Source of the DNA: Eledone cirrhosa
Taxonomy: Eukaryota
DNA length: 64,000 nucleotides
Reading direction: 5' to 3'
Assembly: GCA_964016885.1 (NCBI GenBank)
Contig: OZ024745.1
Location: 2,356,001 to 2,420,000 of the forward strand
Every line of letters starts with the position of its first letter. The first letter of the stretch is position 1. The position numbers and the translations under genes are program-made. Positions 30,101-42,962 of the stretch are shown in pieces. Under the pieces are notes generated by a model, which made no database searches, had not been told where the DNA came from, and saw only the letters and a program-made list of their open reading frames with translations.

Positions 30101-31105
30101 AGATAGCGACAGTGTTTGTGGTAGTGGAAATACCTAGGAGATAGCTACAGTGTTTGTAGTAGGGAAAATAGCTAGGAGATAGCTACAGTGTTTGTGGTAG
30201 TGGAAATACCTAGGAGATAGCTACAGTGTTTGTGGTCGGGAAAATAGCTAGGAGATAGCTACAGTGTTTGTGGTAGTGGAAATACCTAGGAGATAGCTAC
30301 AGTGTTTGTGGTAGTGGAAATACCTAGGAGATAGCTACAGTGTTTGTGGTAGTGGAAATACCTAGGAGATAGCTACAGTGTTTGTAGTAGGGAAAATAGC
30401 TAGGAGATAGCTACAGTGTTTGTGGTAGGGAAAATAGCTAGGAGATAGCTACAGTGTTTATGGTAGTGGAAATAGCTAGGAGAGAGCTACAGTGTTTGTG
30501 GTAGGGAAAATAGCTAGGAGAGAGCTACAGTGTTTGTAGTAGGGAAAATAGCTAGGAGATAGCTACAGTGTTTGTGGTAGTGGAAATAGCTAGGAGAGAG
30601 CTACAGTGTTTGTGGTAGGGAAAATAGCTAAGAGAGAGCTACAGTGTTTGTGGTAGGGAAAATAGCTAGGAGATAGCTACAGTGTTTGTGGTAGTGGAAA
30701 TAGCTAGGAGAGAGCTACAGTGTTTGTGGTAGGGAAAATAGCTAGGAGAGAGCTACAGTGTTTGTGGTAGGGAAAATAGCTAGGAGAGAGCTACAGTGTT
30801 TGTGGTAGGGAAAATAGCTAAGAGATAGCTACAGTGTTTGTGGTAGTGGAAATAGCTAGGAGAGAGCTACAGTGTTTGTGGTAGGGAAAATAGCTAGGAG
30901 AGAGCTACAGTGTTTGTGGTAGGGAAAATAGCTAAGAGATAGCTACAGTGTTTGTGGTAGTGGAAATAGCTAGGAGAGAGCTACAGTGTTTGTGGTAGGG
31001 AAAATAGCTAGGAGATAGCTACAGTGTTTGTGGTAGTGGAAATACCTAGGAGATAGCTACAGTGTTTGTAGTAGGGAAAATAGCTAGGAGAAAGCTACAG
31101 TGTTT
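27165..31105. repeat. 38-bp minisatellite, ~100 copies
   Basis: Unit AGCTACAGTGTTTGTGGTAG(TGGAAATACC/GGAAAATAGC)TAGGAGAT, with two main interspersed variants and locally clustered sub-variants. Confidence 0.98.
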
Positions 31106-31485
31106 TTGAAAGGGAAGTAACTCAACATAAACAACACCAGGTGGTCAGCAAATCTAGAATATATCATAGACTATTCTACACACTCGGACATATTACTACA
31201 ATGTTATAAGGTGACATACGGCGTGTCTTTGACATCTTTTAATACTGGTAGAGACTATCACCTGCCTAGGTGGGAATACACTCGATTTCAGAGAGAGAGA
31301 GAGAAAGGAAACGACTTTAAAAGGATGAAAGTTTACCTCCTCGGCAGGATTTAAACTGGGAGCACAGAAAGTCAGAACGTAGACAGCAAAATAGTTTATC
31401 AAACATTATCCAGAACAAATATACTTTCACTAAAATTAGTCAAATAAAATAATGACTAAAAATGCATCTGTCCTCAAATACCGTC

Positions 31486-31557
<72 letters not shown>

Positions 31558-31694
31558 GGGTGGGGGGTTAGAGTTTATACATGTTTCAGCCATATATATA
31601 TCATTGTGTGTGTATCTACATATATCTCCATATATAAGTGTATATAAAAGTATATTCATGTAATATCTTTCTATCTCTCTCTCTCACTCTCTCG

Positions 31695-31726
<32 letters not shown>

Positions 31727-32045
31727 CTCCCTCTCTCTCTCTTCCTCATACATACGTGAAAACAAACATGCGTACATACATACATACAAACATACATACC
31801 AACATACATACAAACATACATACAAACATACATACATACATACAACATACAACATACATACATACAACATACAAACATACATACCAACATACATACAAAC
31901 ATACATACATACATACAACATACATACATACAACATACAAACATACATACATATGTACATACAACATACATATCTAGATACATACATACATATATACAAA
32001 CATACATACAAACATACATACATACAAACATACATACATACATAC

Positions 32046-32780
32046 TCACACCTTGAAGGATATCTCTATGCAATACAGGAACAAGAACTCCCTACCAAAT
32101 ATCTGCTGCACAAAAGGGGAGGGCCATCAGCTGACAATAAATGTAGGCTATGTAAAGCAAAGATCGAGGATGTAAGCCACATCGTTGCCAGCTGCGAAAG
32201 AATGTCATCTCGCTACTACCTCCCCATGAGACACGATGGGATAGCTAGAACCATCTGGAACGCACTTCGGAAAACAAAATTAACAACAAACGAGGAAGAA
32301 TATATTGAGACAGATGGCATTAAGGAATACTGGAGGAACCTGAAAATAAAAACTGCCACCAAATTAAAGCACAACCGGCCTGATATTGTTGTTTGGGACC
32401 ACACATTGAAAACGTGTTCTGTTGTGGAGATCAGCTGCCCACTTGATGTAAACGTTGTCTGAAAAATACAGGAGAAGGAGGACATCTACGGACCATTGAT
32501 GAGGAGTTTACAAATCCAGTATCCAAGATAAACCTTTAGCTTCATACCCATCATTATTGGAGTTACGTGTTATGGACCAAAGTATGACTGAACTTGGATT
32601 TGCGGGCAAAAAGCGCAGCTCCCTAATTCATAGTCTACAAATGGTTGTGATAGCTGGCACCTTCAAAATTTGCAAAACATTCTTGCGATTCAAGAGATGA
32701 CAATTTCTTTTCTTTTACAACCTTGCCACCAGGAAGGTGGCCGGTCAAAAAAATATACTCGAAATTAAGAGAAAGAGATA
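32046..32780 (+). mobile_element. 5'-truncated RLE-type non-LTR retrotransposon (R4/Dong-like), decayed, within a (CATA)n tract
   Basis: Encodes ..EGYLYAIQEQEL..CRLC..EDVSHIVASC..RHD..HNRPDIVVWD..VVEISCP*KIQEKEDIY: a CCHC finger plus PD-(D/E)xK endonuclease, with stops. A short 3' UTR is followed by ACATACAT repeats; (CATA)n also lies on the 5' side. Confidence 0.85.
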
Positions 32781-32819
32781 ACATACATACATACATATCT
32801 AGATACATACATACATACA

Positions 32820-32850
<31 letters not shown>

Positions 32851-33537
32851 CTAGATACATATATATCTAGATACATACATACATACATATCTAGATACAT
32901 ACATACATACATACATACATACATACATACATACATACATACATACATACATACATACATACTTATATATCTAGATATATACATACATACATATCTAGAT
33001 ATATACATACGTGCACACCTAGTGTAATAAATATTTAAGGAATTAATAATGGAAAGTATTTCGAGAATATAAGAAAAATATATATAAAATGTTTATAATA
33101 TAAATGATATATACAAAATTTATATTTGTGAGTGTGTGTCTTACATATGTGTGCATGTATATATGTATGTGTGTGAGTGTGTGTCTTACATATCTATGTA
33201 TATATATATGTATGTGTTAGTGTGTGTGTGTGTGTGGGGGGTTAATAAATATATATATATATATAAAGTAGTAAAAATAGAAGGTAACGAAGTGAAATAC
33301 CAAGGAAGGACAGAAGAAGACGACCACCACCACCAACAACAACACCAACAACAACAACAACAACACAAACAACAACAACACAAACAACAACAACACAAAC
33401 AAAAACAACAACAACAACAACAACAACACAAACAACAGAAATAAAAATGTATTACATTTTCGAGAAAGTCTTATGTTGTACTTTGTAATATTGTACTGAG
33501 ATATCGATTTTTGGTGCTTATACTGTTTGCCCTTATC

Positions 33538-33660
33538 GAACAGAGACAGACAGACGGGCATACAGACAGATGTACAGACGGTCAGACATACAGACAGATG
33601 TACAGACGGTCAGACATGTACAGACGGTCAGACATACAGACAGATGTACAGACAGACAAA
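33538..33660. repeat. CAGA-based minisatellite (left half; continues at 39279-39436)
   Basis: ACAGACAGATGTACAGACGGTCAGACAT-type units on both sides of the LINE. Confidence 0.85.
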
Positions 33661-33881
33661 TTTCTGTTTATTTGCCACTAGGGCACAAAAGAAAGGGACA
33701 TGTACATGGGTGGGGGGAGTTTACATAAAAATCGAGTAAGAAAAATATAACAAACAAAATAGTAACAAGAAGGTCCTCAATAGGGAGGGATCGTTTTGGG
33801 GTCACACACACCCCCGAAAAAAGTGTGCGACCCTTCTCCACGGGAGCACAAAGAGAGGGTGCTCCCTTCTTCCTGTTCCAC

Positions 33882-36800
33882 CTACAGGCTGAGGTAGAGA
33901 GAAGGCCCATTCACACGGGCCATTCTCGCAACTTTCACCCACCTTTCATAAAACTGGCTGGAGTGGAGCACCTCTCTCTCCATCCTGATCCTTCTTCCGG
34001 AATGGTATCGGAAGAAAAGGACCAGTTGTTGGCCGGAGAGAAAGGTGTCCGACCTCAGCCCTTTCAGACGCGTCCACCATATAGCCTCTTTTACCATGGC
34101 TATTACACAGAGGAAGACCACCTCTCCTTCATTTTTGAATGTGGGGGGGGGGGGGGCTTGATCGTTACAATGGACTCGGTGGTCAACCTAATTGGTCCCA
34201 CCCGTGACAGCAGTTGATCGACATAGCCCCACAGATCGGCAACGCCCGGGCAGTGCACCAATGCGTGCGCGACGGTTTCCTCGTCACACACGCATCTGGG
34301 ACAGATCTTTTTCGAGGGGTCCCTACGCGGGCGCCCGTGTCTGTAGAGCTTATCCCGAACGGGCAGAGCCCCTCGGTAGCACTGCCAGGCCAAGGACTTC
34401 TGGAAGTTATCCATAGGTCCCGAGCCGAAAGTCCTACCGAATAGACTGGCCAGTTCGTCCTCCTCCATGCCTAGGGTTTCTCCGAGGGCGTCGTCGCACC
34501 CGCTAACCACCAGCCCTCTATAGAATGACGAGGTGGAGTCTCCGTCGATAGCCGGGTCCGCCTGCCAGAGAGCCGTGAGCGCCTGGGCACACTCGGTGTG
34601 CCAGTCGCCCAGTTTTCTCGGTCTTTGATTCACCCAGGACTGCAGCTCGGTGAGCGAGACGAGCCTCGGGAAGGCTCGCCTCACAAACGGGGCCCACACC
34701 GGTTGACCGGTGAGGAATACCTGGAGGTGCCGTAGCCTCAATGCGTGTTTACGGATTTTTAGCCACGGCATCCCCAGCCCTCCTTTCAAAGGGTGTTGAC
34801 AGCAGATGGATCTCCTCACCAGAGGAGACCTCTTCTTCCAAAGGAAATAAAAGAGGGCGCGCTCCATTTTCGCGAGGATCTCACCCGGGCAAGGCACGAC
34901 AGTCAAGCGGTAATAGATGACGGACGCTATGTAAGCGTTCGCCACCTCCGCCCGACATTTCAGGGATAGTTTGCACTCGGCCCACTTCTGGGTCAGTGCA
35001 AACACCCTATTCGTCACCTCACCCCAGTTTTTCTCCACCTGGAGGTCCGGTCCGAACCAGACCCCAAGCAACTTCACCGGGCCCTCCGTCCACCGTCGGA
35101 AGACATCGGTTTGCCCCTCCACTCGCCGAGTTGCAAAGCGACTGACTTGTCCCGTTCAGCTTAGCCCCTGTCAACTTTTCGTACTCCCCCAGTAAGGTGC
35201 CGATTGCCTCGATTTCCGAGGTGGTCGACACCATTACTGTTACGTCATCGGCATAGGCCGACACCGCTTTGCGCAATCCCGGTTCCAAAGGGATGCCCTG
35301 CAACAACTCCAACTTCCGCAGTAGTGACTCGAGAGCCAATACATACAGAAGGGAGGAGAGAGGGCACCCCTGTCGGATGGAGCGGGTGATTTCGAATGGC
35401 TCCGAAAGGTAGCCGTTCACCTTGACTCTAGAGCAGATGCAGCTGCTGTGCATGGCAGTGATCCAGCCCCTGAAAACGGGTCCGAAACCAGCCGCCGCTA
35501 GCACCGCATCCAGGTAACCATGGTCCACCTATCGAACGCTTTAGACTGATCTAAATTTATCAGGGCCCCACCAAAGCCGGGTTCGTTCCCAACCCTCTCT
35601 ATGATGTATCGCATGAGGTGGAGGTTGTCGTGGATGGACCTGGACGGGATAGCGCATGTCTGCGCATCTCCCACCAGGCCCCCCATGACAAGCGCCAACC
35701 TCTTCGCTAACACCATGGCCAAAATCTTTAACTCTGCATTTAGCAGAGTTATGGGCCTAAAATTACTAATGTCATCCCCCTTGTTCTCGTCCTTCCTCAC
35801 TAGCGAGACTACGCCCTTGGTCACAGAACAGGGAATTCTCCCGTTCTGTTGCCAGTTGCAGTAGACCGCCTCGAGGAGATCGGGGAACAAGTCCGGCATA
35901 TTAATATATAGTTCGTAGGGCAGACCATCGAGCCCTGGAGATTTGCGTTTGCCGCATAGGCTCAGCACGTCCCCTATTTCAGCAGCTGAGATCGGCCCGT
36001 CGCAGGACCTCGCCTCCCTGTCCGAAAGACGCGGCAGGCCGTTGAGGTATGGACCGAAATCCACATCTCCAACCGGCCCCCCGCCCCTCCCGAACAATTG
36101 AGCAAAGTGCCTTTGAAAGGCCTCGCACATTTGCTTAGGTTCAAGGATCAACCGTCCATCCTGGTCTCGCAAAGACCGGATAGTGGATTTAATCCCACTT
36201 TTCGCTTCTGTCACGCGGGCCCAGCTAACAGCTTTGGTCCCCTCGTTTCCCAGAGCACGTATTTTGCTTCGGTCAACGCAGCCTTCGTGTTTCGCGTCGA
36301 AGAACTGGTTCAAGACCGTTCTCGACGCTTGCACTCTGGCCACGTTGCCGCTTCTCATTGCCTCTTCAACATTAACTACCAACTCCCTTTCCTTCCTATT
36401 TCTATCTGAGGCTAACTCCTTACTAACTCCTATTGAAACTACTCTAATCTCTCTTTTTAGAGAGCCCCACCACCTGTTGTTGACGATGGCGCCCGTCAAC
36501 CGCTCCTTAACTAAGGTTCTAATCCGGTCCCTGTAAGCTCTACTTGCCGGTAAGGACAAGTTGAGCTTCCAGTAACCGGACCCCTGCCTATGCGTTCTAT
36601 CAAGGTGGACTACGCAGGTCACTAACTTGTGGTCTGAATAGCCCACCATGAGCATTTCTGGACAACTTAAAAAGTCCCTATCCTTAATTCTAACTAAGAA
36701 CCTATCTAGGTACGATCTAGATTGACCACTGTTATTTGACCAAGTCCAGATTGGCACAGTCGGAAAATCTAGTCGGTATCTATCGGCCAGGTCAAATCGG

Positions 36801-37309
36801 CCGATTAACCCCTTAAGGCTGTTACACCCCCCTCTATCGGGACATGCCCCTACATAGTCCCAACGTGCATCTAGGATACCATTCCAGTCCCCCACTAAAA
36901 GCAAGGAGCGGGACGTCCCTAGAAAAGTCTCCAGACGATGGAAGAAGTCCGACCGCATTGCCCCAAAAGGGGCGTATACGGCGACAAGCCTAAAAGCTTC
37001 GCCTTCACCATTGCCAAGGTCCAGAACCACGAGTCAACCCTCCGGGTCCAAGTGTACCGTCTGTGTAGCGAGACCCAGATGTTTTTGCAGCAGAACGACA
37101 ACCCCACCCCCACCTCCGGGCTGACAGAGAGATGCGTGCATCTCAAAGTCATCAAAGGTGGGGGCTAGCTGTCGCATGCTGCTGATCCGGGCCTCGCAAA
37201 TAACCATCACATTTATACATTGTGACCTGAGGTCACTTAGAAGTTTAGCTTGCTTCCAAGGTGAGCCCAGGCCACGCGCATTTAGACAACCTACTCTTAA
37301 GACAGCCAT
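33882..37309 (-). pseudogene. LINE ORF2: AP endonuclease, reverse transcriptase and Cys-rich domain (disrupted)
   Basis: Motifs LNARGL, VGDWN, YLDRF, SDH (APE); KSPGLDGLP, FRPITLLN, DQSKAFDR, IRQGCPLS, AYADD (RT); CPRC..ETVAHALVHC. In-frame TGA at 37034-37036; frameshifts near 35520, 35150 and 34150. Confidence 0.93.
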
Positions 37310-37332
37310 GTTGGTGGCAAAGAAAGAGGCAC

Positions 37333-39102
37333 TTACCTCTCTGTGTCCCGGGGTTCGGGCCGCTCAGTTTCCATGGGGCTGTTGGAGGGGTTGATGGGTG
37401 GGGTGGTGGTTTGTGGTGGTGTGGGGGTATTAGTGTGTGGAGGGGTTGGGATCTTTGGAGTTGTGTGGGTGTTTGAGGAGGGGAGGGGAAAACCTTTCAG
37501 GAGGACGCGGTTGAGTGGCCTGGTGCAGGGTGGGCCCACGTCCTCAGGGTAAATGTCTTTCAAAGTTTTGAAAATGTCAAGTGGGATTTTCACCATTTTC
37601 AGGTTAGGGAGTCCCATTGCCGTTACGAAATTCGGCCCTTCCTTTTGTATCGAAGGGTTGTTTTCTATTTTTTCAGTTAGGTTTTTATTGTTTTTGTTTA
37701 TGTATGTGTAGAGTTTTTGTGTTGTTGTGTTTGTTTTTGCTTGTTGTTCTTGAGTGAGTTTGCGTTTTATTGTCTGTGTTGTGTTGTCAGGTGGGGTTAT
37801 TTTTGTTTGTGTGGTGTGTGTATTTTTTTCTTTTCACTTTTTGGAAGGGAGCCCCCTCGTCTTCCGACGATATGAGCTCCTCTTCCGTATTGGAGGGGAG
37901 GGTATATCTCCGGATTGTGTATGAACTGCGTGTGTTTTTGTATTTGTGTTCTGTGGGGTGGGGCTGGGTGGGACCGTGTTTTGGGTTGTTTTCTTGAGCT
38001 GTTGTTGATGCTGTTGTTGTGGTGGTGGTGGTGGTGGTGGTGGTGTTAGTTTTTGTTGTCGTTGTGGTGGTGATGGTAGTGTATTTTGTTGTTTTTGTGA
38101 TGGTGGTGCTGGTTGTTTTTGTTGTTGTTGTGGTGTTTGTAGCACTGGTTTTTTTGTTGTTAGTAGAGGGCAGGCCGTCCTCAGGTGACCTCTGCCAGCG
38201 CAGTGGTAACATGAGGGTCTCCTGCTTTCCACTGTGATATTTATGAAGGTTCGCCCATTCAGTAGGACTCGGTCGGGTATTCCGGAGATTCTCTCAGGTG
38301 TCATCTGTAAGAGAACCTCCAGACTTTTCCCCCCGAACAGTCCACTGGTGGACTCCCCTGCTGAAATAAGTATGTCCTTTTCTAGGTCCGTAAATCCTGT
38401 TAGGACGGACCAGATGTTAATTTCTGGCGTTGGGCTCCACATTCTTATTCTTTGTGTTCTTCTTCCTTTATATGTGGGGAAGAAGGTGTATTGTGGTGAC
38501 ACTATAGGTGCCACCGAATATTTTTGAGCCAGCATTTCGTCCTTCATTCGGACCATAATGCTGGCATGCAGCTTTCCTCTTTGAATAAAGAGTATGTCCT
38601 TTTTAATGTCTTTCAGAACCAGCTCAATTTGACTTTCTGTCAATTGAGCTGGCTTTCTTGTTGCGTTGGTTATAGTCCTGTAGGTTACGGTATTCTTATA
38701 TACCTGTTGACGCACTTCTTCTGGGGAGTTGATCGTAAAAGAACCATCCTCCCCAAAAGATACGTATTTTCTAGCCTCTAGCAAATTTTGCTTAGCGTTC
38801 GTGATATCTATGGGCTTGTATTCCGTAGCTTTCCTGAGTGTTTGGGCAAAAGAAATTTTGTTGTCTTTGTTTGTTGTTGTAATGTTGTTGGTTTCATTAT
38901 TTGTGGTGTTATTTTTTTCTTCAAAATTAAGTTTTTTATTTGAATTAATATTCTTTTTTTTTTCATTGGAGAGGAGGGGCTGTTCAACAGTTTGAACTGT
39001 TGTTCCCTCTTTCCCTCTTGTTTTTTTGGTAGGCGTGGCGTTGGCTTCCAATATGGCGATATCGTTTTCGACGATATCGTTATCAACGATATCGATAAAC
39101 AT
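37333..39102 (-). pseudogene. LINE ORF1 (gag-like, CCHC knuckle, Pro/Gln/Thr-rich C-terminus; probably frameshifted)
   Basis: 422-aa ORF 39102-37834 with CYHCAGRGHLRTAC. Downstream frames (38212-37787, 37617-37333) continue low-complexity sequence to a stop just before the ORF2 ATG at 37309. Confidence 0.8.
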
Positions 39103-39536
39103 TTCTGAATTAAATATTTTTCACCCCAAAAGGGGTGAAAATATATTTACCCTACGTCTACAGTCCCAGACTAGGGGTTAGAGTCAATAATACAAAACAA
39201 TTCAAATAATTCACTCACAAATATTCCAGGTAAAAATTCCAAATCGCAGAGCCGATATGAAACACGTCTACTATCCTGAGACAGACAGACAGACAGACGT
39301 ACAGACAGATGTACAGACGGTCAGACATACAGACAGATGTACAGACAGACAGACATACAGACAGATGTACAGACGGTCAGACATACAGACAGATGTACAG
39401 ACAGACAGACATACAGACAGATGTACAGACGGTCAGGCAGATATTTTAACAAACATGAAGTCTCACACACGGACAGCAAACACAGTTATTGACATGTATT
39501 TACATATTCTCTCTCACACACCTACATTCATGTATA

Positions 39537-40085
<549 letters not shown>

Positions 40086-40352
40086 TTACATATGTATATG
40101 TGTATGTATGTATGCATATGGCATCATATATATTCACGCAAACACACACACACATATCTATGTAAGAATAGTAAGTATGCATACGTACATATATATATGC
40201 ATATATCTGTATATATATGTATATATATGTATATATATATGTATATATATGTATATATATGTATATATATATGCATATATCTCTATATATATATGTATAT
40301 ATATGTATATATATTTATATATATGTGTATATATGTATATATATGTATATAT

Positions 40353-40621
40353 ATTAGAAAATAGAATAGCTTTCACCGTATTTTTGACTAAAGGAATTTT
40401 ACCCTGATAATGGGGTTTAGAACCCTCAGATAAATGGAAAAAGATGAGTATTGACGTACATGGGAGTCGAACCCACATTTTTGGTTATCGCGACCACTGT
40501 GCTACCATTACACAAACCCCATTATCAGGCTAAAATTCCTTTAGCAAAAAATACGGTGAAAGCTATTCTATTTTCTAATTTCAAACCTGCTCACTGTTTC
40601 AAAACATACTTACTTGCCATG
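40353..40621. mobile_element. Fold-back element (family C) enclosing a tRNA-like sequence
   Basis: Inverted arms 40353-40418 and 40514-40579, with a ~42-bp one-sided extension, in TA-rich microsatellite. Confidence 0.8.
40452..40520 (-). other. tRNA-like pseudo-cloverleaf (possible Pol III A/B boxes); not a functional tRNA
   Basis: Minus strand: GTGT-AATGGTA-GCAC (D arm), TGGT-CGCGATA-ACCA (anticodon-like arm), GTGGG-TTCGACT-CCCAT (T arm). The acceptor stem does not pair. Confidence 0.65.
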
Positions 40622-40634
40622 TATATATATATAT

Positions 40635-40956
40635 ATAGTTATGTAATAAACAACATAAGGCAATTATTCCATTTACCAGTGGTTTCTTAAAAGCCAAAAA
40701 TGTTGCTTTCAATCATCAGAATGAAAAGATCCTGGTCTGTTTATTGAATTTGGATTTTAAAAACAAATTTTAAAATCCAAATTCAATAAACAGACCAGGA
40801 TTTTTTCATTCTGATGATTGAAAGCAACATTTTTTGCTTTTAAGAAACCACTGGTAAATGGAATAATTGCCTTATGTTGTTTATTACATAACTATTAAGC
40901 TCTGTTACCTACATGGAGCACTCTCTTTTCCTTGACTTTTCCGACGGAATTACTTC

Positions 40957-40960
<4 letters not shown>
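40635..40960. mobile_element. Fold-back pLTR-like element (family D)
   Basis: Arms 40635-40762 and 40768-40895 are almost perfectly complementary; ~65-bp extension to (TA)n. Confidence 0.9.
40805..40862 (+). ncRNA. Canonical type I hammerhead ribozyme (mirror copy on the minus strand at 40668-40725)
   Basis: TTCATT-CTGATGA-TTGAAAGCAA loop TTGCTTTTAA-GAAA-CCACTGG-TA-AATGGA. Confidence 0.85.
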
Positions 40961-41018
<58 letters not shown>

Positions 41019-41021
<3 letters not shown>

Positions 41022-41225
41022 AAAAATATGGGGAAAAGAATACTGCATGGTTGCACATGGATAACATGTTATAAAATGAGTCCCTCATCAGTGATTTGCC
41101 AACGGTCATAGATATTTCATTGCATTAAAAATCATATACCTCACATTGGTGCAATAATAACTAAAATAAGTTATTAGGACAATTAAAACAAGTAAAGCGA
41201 GTGAGACAAGTACACAACACAGGGG
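41019..41225 (-). mobile_element. Diverged repeat (family E); inverted homologue at 43821-44036
   Basis: Shared blocks such as GTCTCACTCGCTTTA, GAGGTATATGATTTTTAATGC and GTTGGCAAATCACTGA(T/C)GAGGGACT. Both copies abut (TA)n. Confidence 0.7.
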
Positions 41226-41504
41226 AAAGCTAACCGAAGATAGGAAGAAACACAAGCTACATAGTTATTCTATCAGTATAAGCTGGGTGAATATATGAGC
41301 GAGTAAGAAATAGACCTTTCGAGATGAATCCGATGTAAGAAAGAAGGAGAATCGTTTTCGTCGCGAACGGGGGGAAGTGAGAAGGGGAGAAACAGTGAGT
41401 GAGTGAGTGGAAGTGCGAGGAAGAGGTCAGTAGAGAGAAAGTGTTAACTGACATGACAGAGGGTACGAAAGAAAGTAAGAGAAACAGAGAGAACGAGGGA
41501 GCAG

Positions 41505-41596
<92 letters not shown>

Positions 41597-41610
41597 CACA
41601 TGTATATATG

Positions 41611-42156
<546 letters not shown>

Positions 42157-42176
42157 TATATGTATATATATATATA

Positions 42177-42529
42177 TTAGAAAGTGAGGTTTTTTTTACA
42201 AAATGAAAAATAACCGAGGTGTCCTACACGAGTAGAAGTATAAAGAAAAAGGGATGAAATCGAAAATGCAACTGAAGTCTTATTTTTTTAAAAATATATA
42301 TATTTATTTGGTTCCTTTACCGGTTTCGCAGTTCTTCTGCTTTTCAAAAGGTGAGTTGAGATGGAGGGTCTGTGGTTTTTCTCACAGATGTGAGAAAAAC
42401 CACATACCCTCCATCTCAACTCTACTTTTGAAAAGCAGAAGAACTGCGAAACCGGTAAAGGAACCAAATAAATATATATATTTTTAAAAAAATAAGACTT
42501 CAGTTGCATTTTCGATTTCATCCCTTTTT

Positions 42530-42533
<4 letters not shown>
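42177..42533. mobile_element. Family B palindromic element (same junction and arm-specific variant as 39635-39995)
   Basis: Fold-back at CTCACA-GA-TGTGAG. The right arm carries CTCTACTTTT, as in the 39.8-kb copy. Confidence 0.9.
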
Positions 42534-42949
<416 letters not shown>

Positions 42950-42962
42950 TGTGTGTGTGTGT

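Larger units (their letters stand above)
33661..39278 (-). mobile_element. Near full-length L1/Tx1-clade LINE (~5.6 kb), inactivated
   Basis: ORF1 with a zinc knuckle; ORF2 with APE, RT and C-terminal CCHC; AATAAA at 33667-33672 (minus) and a very short A tail. It splits a CAGA minisatellite. Confidence 0.93.

Noticed and set aside
3224-31105. CRISPR-like interpretation of the 19-bp or 38-bp arrays
   Set aside because: Units are head-to-tail with no unique spacers, there are no cas genes, and the context is eukaryotic.
27165-31105. 38 = 2 x 19, suggesting the second array is a dimer of the first satellite
   Set aside because: I see no sequence similarity to the 19-mer on either strand, and the 38-mer does not split into two similar halves.
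26423-33561. Poly-S/poly-M (26.4 kb) and poly-Q/poly-C/poly-L (33.3 kb) ORFs
   Set aside because: Trinucleotide repeats (CAT, CAA) with no flanking domain or splice support.
34192-38995. Plus-strand ORFs overlapping the LINE
   Set aside because: Antisense shadows of GC-rich ORF1/ORF2 with no independent motifs.
40452-40520. Genuine tRNA gene
   Set aside because: The acceptor stem is unpaired and the anticodon loop lacks U33; kept only as tRNA-like.
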